A DNA stretch of 64,000 bases from Thermoplasmata archaeon (lineage in GTDB: Archaea > Thermoplasmatota > Thermoplasmata > GCA-020350865). A program made the translations under genes and the position numbers. The notes beneath the pieces are model-generated. The model did not search any database and had not been told where the DNA came from. It saw nothing but the letters and a program-made list of their open reading frames with translations. Location: assembly GCA_020348445.1 (NCBI GenBank), contig CP070751.1, forward strand, positions 4,812,506-4,876,505, given 5' to 3'. Shown here one piece after another: positions 39,720 through 48,300 of this stretch (positions are counted from its first letter, which is position 1; each line of letters opens with the position of its first letter).

Positions 39720-40667
39720 ATGAAAGCCATCGTATGCATAAAATACGGGCCGCCGGAAGTTCTTAAACTGAAAGATGTTCCCAAACCCACTCCAAAGAAC
39801 AATGAGGTCCTCATAAAGATTCGCACAACACAAGTAACGGCAAGCGACTGCATAGTTCGTGGTTTTAAACTGTCGCGTTGGTCCCCTTTAGGATTCATGA
39901 TGGGACTTGCATTAGGTTTTAGAAAACCGAGACAACCAATACTAGGTATGGTCTTAGCTGGAGAAATCGAATCTGTAGGTAGAGATGTTAAGCGATTTAA
40001 GAAGGGTGATGCGGTCTATGGAATGACCGGTTTAAGTTTTGCTACCTATGCCGAGTATAAAAGTATTTCCGAGAAAGAATGCCTGGTAAAAAAACCATCC
40101 AGTGTAAGTTATGAGGAAGCCGCTGCAGCCGCTTATGGAGGAATCATAGCAGGTCATTTTATTAAGAAAGCAAACATCCAAAAGGGACAGAAGGTGCTTA
40201 TCTATGGAGCTTCCGGGGCAAATGGAACCACCGCGGTGCAGCTTGCCAAGTATTACGGGGCCGAGGTCACTGGCGTATGTAGTACAAAGAATTTGGAGAT
40301 GGTAAGGTCCCTGGGAGCCGATTCCGCTATTGATTATACAAAAGAGGATCTGTTAAGCAGGGGAGAACGGTACGATCTTGTCTTTGATGCCGTTGGAAAC
40401 AAGAAAACCTCGAAATTGAAATCACAGTGCAAGAAAGTGCTAACCAAGAGCGGGAAATATATGTCAGTGGATAAAGGATCACCAAAATCCATACCCGAAC
40501 ATCTTGAATTGCTAAATAAATTATTTGAAGAGGGAAAATACAAAGCCGTTATAGACAGAACCTATCCACTGGGACAGATGATTGAGGCTCATAGGTATGT
40601 TGACAAAGGGCATAAAAAGGGGAATGTGGTAATAACTGTGGGACAGAATAATAAAACTGAAACTTAG
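39720..40667 (+). CDS. Zinc-independent MDR oxidoreductase, copy 10 (subtype b)
   Basis: Closest to copy 2 (SDCIVRGF, W.P.G.MMG, LKSQ). Confidence 0.92.
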   Translation: MKAIVCIKYGPPEVLKLKDVPKPTPKNNEVLIKIRTTQVTASDCIVRGFKLSRWSPLGFMMGLALGFRKPRQPILGMVLAGEIESVGRDVKRFKKGDAVYGMTGLSFATYAEYKSISEKECLVKKPSSVSYEEAAAAAYGGIIAGHFIKKANIQKGQKVLIYGASGANGTTAVQLAKYYGAEVTGVCSTKNLEMVRSLGADSAIDYTKEDLLSRGERYDLVFDAVGNKKTSKLKSQCKKVLTKSGKYMSVDKGSPKSIPEHLELLNKLFEEGKYKAVIDRTYPLGQMIEAHRYVDKGHKKGNVVITVGQNNKTET

Positions 40668-40678
40668 TAGGAATTCAG

Positions 40679-41317
40679 ATGGATAAATCAGAGAAGATCT
40701 GGGACAAAATCGCAGATAATTATGATAAATCTGAAAAGCGTTTTGAACCCATTCACAAAAAGACTATCGAGAACACCAAAAAATACCTCAATTCAACTGA
40801 TATTGTTTTAGATTACGGATGTGCCACAGGAACAAAAGCCCTTGAACTTGCCAGCAGTGTGAAAAGGATTCAGGGCATTGATATATCGTCAAAAATGATC
40901 GAAGCTGCAAAAAGAAAGGCAGTTGAGCGTAAAATCGAGAATGTGGTTTTTACACATGCAATTATTTTTGATGAGAGGTATAAAAGAGAATCATTTGATG
41001 TGATACTGGCCTTTAATATTCTGCATTCATTAGAAGGCCACAAGCAGGTTCTGAAAAGAATAAACGAACTTTTAAAGCCGGGAGGTTTATTTATTTCTGT
41101 AACCCCGTGTCTGAAGGAAAAAATGGCCATTAGGAATAGATTAGAATTATCTTTCTTCCGTCTACTGATAATAATCAGAGTATTTCCGAATATTTTAACA
41201 AGATTTAAAATCCCTGAATTGGAGGATCTAATAACTAGTGGAAATTTTCAAATAATTGAAACTGAAAATATATTTCATAGGATGACTAGTTATTTTGTTA
41301 CTGCAAAGAAGATATAG
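40679..41317 (+). CDS. Class I SAM-dependent methyltransferase
   Basis: VLDYGCATG motif I, GIDISSKMI, FDVILAFNILH, LKPGGLFI. Confidence 0.9.
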   Translation: MDKSEKIWDKIADNYDKSEKRFEPIHKKTIENTKKYLNSTDIVLDYGCATGTKALELASSVKRIQGIDISSKMIEAAKRKAVERKIENVVFTHAIIFDERYKRESFDVILAFNILHSLEGHKQVLKRINELLKPGGLFISVTPCLKEKMAIRNRLELSFFRLLIIIRVFPNILTRFKIPELEDLITSGNFQIIETENIFHRMTSYFVTAKKI

Positions 41318-41361
41318 AGAACATGACAATCACTGGATCGAAAAAAGTAGGAAGGATACTC

Positions 41362-42348
41362 ATGAAAGCTGTCGTGTGCAAAAGATACGGATCACCAATG
41401 AAAGTCCTAAAGCTCAAAGAGGCCCCAAAACCCACACCTAGGGACAACGAGGTCCTGGTAAAGATCCATGCTGCCTCGGTAAATGCAGCCGATGTGGAGA
41501 TCCTAAGAGGTGCCTGGACTGCCCGAATGACAGGGCCTTTAAGACCAAGAAGCAGGATACCTGGATCAGACGTTGCGGGAGTTGTTGAATCAGTTGGTAA
41601 GAACGTTACGAAGTTCAAGCCAGGAGATGAGGTGTTCGGAGACACGTTCATGAAAGGTTTTGGAGCTTTTGCAGAGTATAAAAGTGCACCCGAAAAGGAA
41701 TTGTATATCAAACCAAAGGGTATGACCTTCGAACAAGCATCTTGTTATCCTCAATCTGGGATCATTGCCCTCCAGGGTCTAAGGAACAAACACCCTATCA
41801 AACCTGGACAAACTGTACTTATCAACGGTGCAGGTGGTGGTATGGGTACCTTTGCAGTGCAAATCGCTAAGCACTATGGGGCAGAGGTGACCGCAGTGGA
41901 TCATACAAGTAAAATCGACATGCTGCATTCAATTGGTGCAGACCATGTTATGGATTACACAAAAGAGGATTACACAAAAACCGGAAAGACCTACAACCTG
42001 ATCCTTGATGTTGTGGCCGGTCGAAAGGTTAAGGACTATGAACGTGCTTTGAGTGATTACGGAAATTTTGTCATAGTAGGAGGTTCCAGGGCTACGATCT
42101 TCAAGGTTATTTTCCTTGGTCCTATTGTTACAAGAAAAAGTAACAAGAAGATGGGGCTCAATGATTGGAGTTCAGACAAAAATGAAGATATGAGATTTTT
42201 AATGGAATTATTTGAGGCGGGCAAAGTAAAACCTGTAATAGATAAACATTACCCGTTAAGGGAGGTTCCTGAGGCCTATCGGTATCTTGAGGAGGGACAT
42301 GTAAAGGGGAAATTGGTTATAACTATGGGACATGACAACAAAACCTAA
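41362..42348 (+). CDS. Zinc-independent MDR oxidoreductase, copy 11 (subtype c)
   Basis: Closest to copy 3 (AASVN, NGAGGG.GT, YPL.E.PEA); track start 41323. Confidence 0.92.
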   Translation: MKAVVCKRYGSPMKVLKLKEAPKPTPRDNEVLVKIHAASVNAADVEILRGAWTARMTGPLRPRSRIPGSDVAGVVESVGKNVTKFKPGDEVFGDTFMKGFGAFAEYKSAPEKELYIKPKGMTFEQASCYPQSGIIALQGLRNKHPIKPGQTVLINGAGGGMGTFAVQIAKHYGAEVTAVDHTSKIDMLHSIGADHVMDYTKEDYTKTGKTYNLILDVVAGRKVKDYERALSDYGNFVIVGGSRATIFKVIFLGPIVTRKSNKKMGLNDWSSDKNEDMRFLMELFEAGKVKPVIDKHYPLREVPEAYRYLEEGHVKGKLVITMGHDNKT

Positions 42349-42360
42349 CAAAGCACTGCA
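42343..42360 (+). repeat. Conserved MDR 3' tail ACCTAACAAAGCACTGCA
   Basis: 16/18 identical to 14681..14698. Confidence 0.6.
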
Positions 42361-42368
42361 GAGGATGC

Positions 42369-42896
42369 TTAACCTTCACCCTTGTTTTTGAGCCCTTCCC
42401 ATGGCTTTCGACGTGGTATCCACCTTGGGACATTCTTCATATACTGAACATAATCTTCTCCAAATCTTTTAATGAGATCAGGTTCTTCATACTTAGTAAA
42501 TAGCAGATGGTGGCCAATCAAGAGAAAGAGAAAATATGGAACAAGAGAAAGCGATCCAAAAATCATGATTTCCCCGAAAACGGTGATCAATATACCAAAT
42601 ATCATAGGGTTTCTCATATAACGGTAAATGCCGCGGACCACAAGTTTCTTTGGAGGGGCCCAGTGGGCAACTGTACCTTCTCCAATTTTTGAAAATAATA
42701 TGGTGGTTTTTATTACAAGGAATGTACCCACAACAATAAGCACCAAACCCAAAACAATCAGGAGAACATTCATGGGAAATACCCATAACCAGCTGGGATG
42801 AAGTCCTCTAAATAATATAAGAAATATTATTGGGACAGTAAAAATGGCGCTTAAGGGCATTAAGATAAACATTGTAATGTCATGCCATTTTCCCAT
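42369..42896 (-). CDS. Isoprenylcysteine carboxylmethyltransferase / PEMT-family membrane methyltransferase
   Basis: GEGT..W.PPKKLVVRGIYRYMRNPM...EE..L..RFGEDY..Y...VPRWIPR; GAGGTG RBS before ATG 42896 (track start 43079). Confidence 0.85.
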   Translation of the reverse strand: MGKWHDITMFILMPLSAIFTVPIIFLILFRGLHPSWLWVFPMNVLLIVLGLVLIVVGTFLVIKTTILFSKIGEGTVAHWAPPKKLVVRGIYRYMRNPMIFGILITVFGEIMIFGSLSLVPYFLFLLIGHHLLFTKYEEPDLIKRFGEDYVQYMKNVPRWIPRRKPWEGLKNKGEG

Positions 42897-43147
42897 GGAA
42901 GACACCTCATTGTTCAAGGGAGTAGATGGTGCAATTAAAGGGATTTTATTTATATATTTTTGCATGGCTGTTAAAACGTATGTAGATAATATATATAGTC
43001 TATTGAAATATGGTGAATCAGAATCATACCATTTTAGCAAGAAATATTTTATATTAAAGGACAATATCCCCAAGCCCAAGGTTGACTATCATCTGATATT
43101 ATAATCCTCTGGAGGATGCACAGATTACAAATAAAAGCTCGATACCA

Positions 43148-44389
43148 TTGAAAAAAGCATCATCTAAACTCAAGAGCGATTTGGAAAAACTCGATCCAAA
43201 TTTTGCTCGCATGATATTTCCATGGATTATTCGTAACCCGAGATATATCAGGGCCGCAATTAGACTCATGCGGTCTGTTAAAAAAGCTAAAAAAAAGCGT
43301 GTGGAAGCCCAGGAGAATGGATTGCTTGTACCACCCTTTTTAATTATTAGCATTACCTCAAAATGCAATCTATTTTGCACTGGATGTTATGCAGCAGCCA
43401 CCGGGACCATTAATGATAGAAATTCAGAGATAAACTCAAAAATAATCAATCCCCTTAAAACGGAGCAGTGGCGAAAAATTATTGGTGAGGCCAGGGAGCT
43501 AGGAGTGATAGGATTTGTGGTTGCTGGTGGTGAGCCTTTTTTGTATCCAGGACTTTTAGATCTTTGCGAAGAGTTCAAAGATAGACTGTTTCTGATATTG
43601 ACCAATGGAACTGCATTTACAAAGGCAGATTATAAACGTCTAAAACGATTGACAAATCTCGCCATCATTGTGAGCGTTGAAGGCGGACCAGAGCTCACAA
43701 ATTCACGAAGAGGTGAAGGTGTTTACGAGAAGGCAATGGACACACTTGCTCAACTCAATAAGATGGGTATGCTTACCGGCATATCAGCAACTATCACCAG
43801 AATTAACTACAGGTACTGGATGGATTCCAAGCTAATAGATGATCTCATTTCGAAAGGAGTTCGATTCGGTGTTTTTATCGAATACATTCCCCTTACACCT
43901 GGAATAGGGCCTGATTCAGGGATTCCCTCTCTTCCAGTTGGAAAAATCAAGGACAAATCTAAGACAGAGATGGATAGCATCAAATGGGATACCAAAAATG
44001 ATCATGCACTCATGCTAACACCAGAGGAACGAGCTGAGTTCAGAGCGCAAATGCTTACTTATCGCGAAACAAAACCAATTTATATTGTTCATTCTCCTGG
44101 GGATGAGGAGTACTTTGGGGGATGTATATCTGCGGGAAGAGGGTTTGCGCATATAACACCTACAGGTGATCTGACACCCTGTCCTGTCTCCAATATAGCA
44201 ACCCACAATCTTACAACTACCACATTACGCGAGGGTCTTGAAAGCCCCCTGTTTAAGGAGGTTCGTAAAAATGAGCATTTACTTGAGACAGAGGGAATGC
44301 CCTGTGCGCTGTTTGCGCATCCGAAAGAAGTGGATGATCTTGTCAAATCTGTTGGTGCATACAGGACAAATTCGAAAGTGGAAATATGA
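43148..44389 (+). CDS. Radical SAM protein with a SPASM/twitch-like C-terminus
   Basis: CNLFCTGC (CxxxCxxC), AGGEPF, CISAGRGFAHITPTGDLTPCP. Confidence 0.9.
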   Translation: MKKASSKLKSDLEKLDPNFARMIFPWIIRNPRYIRAAIRLMRSVKKAKKKRVEAQENGLLVPPFLIISITSKCNLFCTGCYAAATGTINDRNSEINSKIINPLKTEQWRKIIGEARELGVIGFVVAGGEPFLYPGLLDLCEEFKDRLFLILTNGTAFTKADYKRLKRLTNLAIIVSVEGGPELTNSRRGEGVYEKAMDTLAQLNKMGMLTGISATITRINYRYWMDSKLIDDLISKGVRFGVFIEYIPLTPGIGPDSGIPSLPVGKIKDKSKTEMDSIKWDTKNDHALMLTPEERAEFRAQMLTYRETKPIYIVHSPGDEEYFGGCISAGRGFAHITPTGDLTPCPVSNIATHNLTTTTLREGLESPLFKEVRKNEHLLETEGMPCALFAHPKEVDDLVKSVGAYRTNSKVEI

Positions 44390-44527
44390 GAGGGAGATTA
44401 CCAGGAAGATGTATATCAGCATTTTTTGATTCTTCAGAAGGATTTAAGTATTTTGAAATATGTTGCTTACTAATGCAGTGATGAAAAAGATGTTCTCAGA
44501 CTAGGATTATCATAAAAGGTGAAGAAA

Positions 44528-45379
44528 ATGAAAGATAAAGAAATAAAGAAGGTAGTGAGAAAAAATTATGCAGATATTGCAAAACAAGATAAATCCTGTT
44601 GCGGACCTCAGGTGCCTGTATTACCAACAAAGGCAAGCTCCTGCTGTGGAGCCCCACCTACAGCATCTGACATGAGCAAGAAAATGGGATACTCTGAAGA
44701 AGAGCTTTCAAAGCTTCCTGAAGGTGCAAACCTGGGCCTTGGCTGCGGAAACCCCGTTGCCCTGGCCTATTTAAAAGAGGGTGACACATATGTTGACCTT
44801 GGTTCGGGTGCAGGAATAGACTGCTTTTTGGCAGCAGATAAAGTTGGAAAATCTGGAAAGGTCATTGGGGTAGACATGACGCCTGAGATGATCGACCGAG
44901 CAAGGGAGAATGCAAAAAAGGCTGGTCTTGAAAACGTGGAGTTTCGATTAGGGGAAATCGAGCATTTGCCAGTTGCCGATAACTCAGTGGATGTGATCAC
45001 ATCTAACTGTGTAATTAACCTATCCCCAGATAAGATAGCAGTGTTCAAAGACGCATTTAGAGTTATAAAACCCGGGGGCAGGCTCATGATATCTGATATC
45101 GTTCTTTTAAAGGAGCTCCCCGAGGCTGTACTTCAGTCTGTTGAAGCATACGTCGGCTGTGTTTCTGGTGCAATGCTTAAGGAGGAATATCTGAAAATCG
45201 TCGAGGAAGTGGGATTTGAAAATGTTGAGGTTGTGAACGAGAGTTCAGCAGGTGATATCTGGGTAAATGATCCATTAGCTCTTTCCATTATCGAGAAGCT
45301 GGGGATTACGATCGAAGAGGCCAAGGAATTGGGAAAGTCCATTGTGAGCATTAAATTCTCGGCAGTGAAACCAATGTAA
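44528..45379 (+). CDS. arsM: Arsenite S-adenosylmethyltransferase
   Basis: N-terminal SCCG repeats, GANLGLGCGNP, DLGSGAGIDC, SNCVINLSPDK, YVGCVSGA; AGGTGA RBS before ATG 44528. Confidence 0.9.
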   Translation: MKDKEIKKVVRKNYADIAKQDKSCCGPQVPVLPTKASSCCGAPPTASDMSKKMGYSEEELSKLPEGANLGLGCGNPVALAYLKEGDTYVDLGSGAGIDCFLAADKVGKSGKVIGVDMTPEMIDRARENAKKAGLENVEFRLGEIEHLPVADNSVDVITSNCVINLSPDKIAVFKDAFRVIKPGGRLMISDIVLLKELPEAVLQSVEAYVGCVSGAMLKEEYLKIVEEVGFENVEVVNESSAGDIWVNDPLALSIIEKLGITIEEAKELGKSIVSIKFSAVKPM

Positions 45380-45392
45380 ACCATAATTATGG

Positions 45393-48300
45393 CTATCCTT
45401 TTAAACCCTCCCATTCCCACATCCGCACTTCATGAACGGCCTCTACCAAACCAGTGATTTCTATTTCATCCCGTGCCCACAACCATATATCATCACCAGC
45501 CCACACCGCACCCGAGATCATTATATCGACTCCTCCCCATATCCTCACGTCATAACCAGCCCATACCGTACCTGCGACTTCCACTTTATCCTGTGCCCGC
45601 AAACACACGTCATAACTTGCACTGATATGACCTTGATCACCGGTATGCGTTTCCTCGGTAACATAAATCGAACCGTCCGCTTGTAGTGAGACATATGCAT
45701 TCTTCGCACCCGAACCGGTGCTTATATAGCCTACATTGATGTCTTCGTACTTGGATCTGAGCTTTATATTGTTGCCCATGGAGTTTAAATAAAGTACGTT
45801 GATCGTACCGTCTGCCGTTATTTCCATTTTGCCATTTACGACTAAGAAAAGATCCAGGTCACCTTTTACATTCAAATTCAGATTTGGTTCATTTACTTTA
45901 ATCAGGTCTCCTAAATCGTACTCAAGATTCAGGTTGCGATTGCGCTTACTGCCGATTTGACCACCAGCGAAAAGGATGCCCATATAACCGATGAGGTCAT
46001 CGTCCTTATCATACATATCTACCTCGCGGATATCACCCTCGGTAGCACATAGGCTAATTTGACCGTTAGTGCGGCCAACTGCGATATAGTCCACAAGAAT
46101 ATCTCCCTGAGTTGTCACCAAGCTGACATTACCTCCCGGTGAATCTATCTGTGACTCCACATAAAGGGCTGTGATGGTATTATCTGCAAGCAATCTGAAG
46201 GCACCGTTTGCAACGACCACTTCCTCCAGAACGAGCGCATCATTCTCTTCGATCCACAGGTCTCCCGGTCCAAACACCAGAGCGTTTAGGGTTGTCACTT
46301 CTGTTATGAGATAGACGTCAGCTCCTGCGTTTATATTCAGAACAGCAGCAAGAATCGGGATTTCATTAGTAGTATATATTCTGCCCTGCGCCGTCAAGGT
46401 AACGACGCCTACTGTTTGATCTGCAGAAAGTGAACCTGAATCGATTATTGTTATAGACTCCCCAGATGTCAAATCGAGAGCATACTGGGTTGTGACAGCT
46501 CCCTGCACCAGAATATCACCACCAGCAGTCACAGAAATTGACCCATCCACGGTCTCCAGGTCCTTAAGCAGGATATCATCGGCCTCAATCACCACTATGT
46601 CTAATCCGGCACTTGCTTCCAAAGTGTCCACCGCAGTATCCAGCACCATGGAGCCACCTGCAACGGCCACCAGATCTATGGCGATCACCTGGCCAACTGT
46701 GATGTTTCCATCTGCAAGCAGCTCCACAGTTTGTGCTACAATATTACCAGGCAGGTCTGTGATATCGCCATCAGCGGACAGCATTACCACCTGAGCCTCG
46801 ATCTGGCCAGCTTCGATATCACCAAGCGCATCAAGTGTTACATCACCTGACAGCGCCAACACCTCCACCGCTGAAATCGTACCACCTGCTGTCACCGAAA
46901 TCGATCCAGCTAGGCTCTCCAACTGTAACAGGGTGATGTCATCACTCTCAGTAACCACGATATCAAACCCAGCTGTCCCCATCAATGTTGCGACTGCTGT
47001 ATCTAGTATCATCGAGCCACCTGCAACTGCCACCAAGTCAATAGCCAGCACCTGGCTGATCGTTATGTTACCACCCGCAACCAGCTCCACAGACTGTGCT
47101 TCGATATTACCCACCAGGTCAGTGATATCGCCACCAGCAGTTAACATCACCATCTGGGCCTCAATCTGACCGGCTTGGATATCGCCAACCGCATCAAGCA
47201 TTACCTCACCAGATAGCGCCTGTACGTCCAACGCGGTAATCGTTCCCCCAGCAGTCACATATATTGATCCAGCTAAGCTAACCAACTGTGTCAAGATGAT
47301 GTCATCAGTCTCAGTAACCACTATATCACCAACAGCTATAGCCTCAAGGTTCACTACCTTAGTATCTAGTATCATATAGCCACCTGCATCGGCCACAAGA
47401 TCTATGGCCACTACCAGGCCAACTGTGATGTTACCATCTGCATCCAGTAATACCGTCTGTGCTTCAATATTACCCAGCAGGTCCGTGATATCGCCATCTG
47501 TATACAGCATCACCATCTGCGCCTCGATCTGACCGGCTTGGATCCCTCCAATGGCATCAAGTGTTACCTCACCAGACAGCGCTTGCACCTCCACCGCTGA
47601 AATCGTACCTCCTGCTGTCACCGAAATCGATTCAGCTAGGCTAACCAATTGCGTCAATATGATGTCATCAGTCTCTGTAACCACGATCTCGAGCCCGGCT
47701 GTTGCAATCATGGTTTCAACTGCCGTATCTAGCATCATGGAACCGCCTGCATCGGCAATCAAATCAATGGCCACCACCTGGCTAAGCGTGATGTTACCAT
47801 TCGCAACAAGCTCTACCGTCAGGGCTTCAATATTACCCGCTAGGTCCATGATATCGCCATCTGTATACAGCATCACCATTTGTGCCTCGATCTGGCCCGC
47901 TTCGATATCGCCAAGGGCATCAAGCGTTACGACACCTGAGAGCGCCATTACATCCAGCGCAGTAATCGTTCCTCCGGCTGTCACCGAGATCGATCCAGCA
48001 AGGCTAACTAACTGTGTCAGTGTGATATCATCGGTTTCCGTAACCACAATATCACCAACAGCTGTTGCCTCAAGGTTTACTACCGCTGTGTCCAGCAATA
48101 TAGAACCGCCCGCATCGGCCACCAGATCCATGGCCACCACCTGGCCAACCGCGATGTTACCACCTGCATCAAGCACTACCATCTGTGCTTCAATATTGCC
48201 TGCCAGGTCCGTGATATCGCTTCCCGTATACAGCATCACTATCTGTGCCCCGATCTGACCTGCTTCGATATCGCCAATTGCATCAAGCAATACAAAACCA

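Noticed and set aside
12527-41711. Recurrent minus-strand ORFs ending in ...SLGVGFGTS
   Set aside because: They are antisense to the conserved MDR N-terminus (KPTPKDNE).
12483-42348. Diversity-generating retroelement as the source of paralog variation
   Set aside because: There is no reverse transcriptase and no template/variable repeat pair differing only at adenines.
12483-42348. Calling the MDRs zinc-dependent alcohol dehydrogenases
   Set aside because: The catalytic Cys and the four-Cys structural zinc lobe are absent.
12483-42360. Complete integron or intact attC array
   Set aside because: There is no tyrosine recombinase in the window and no GTTRRRY right arm pairing with the ACCTAAC sites. 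It is kept only as a remnant hypothesis.
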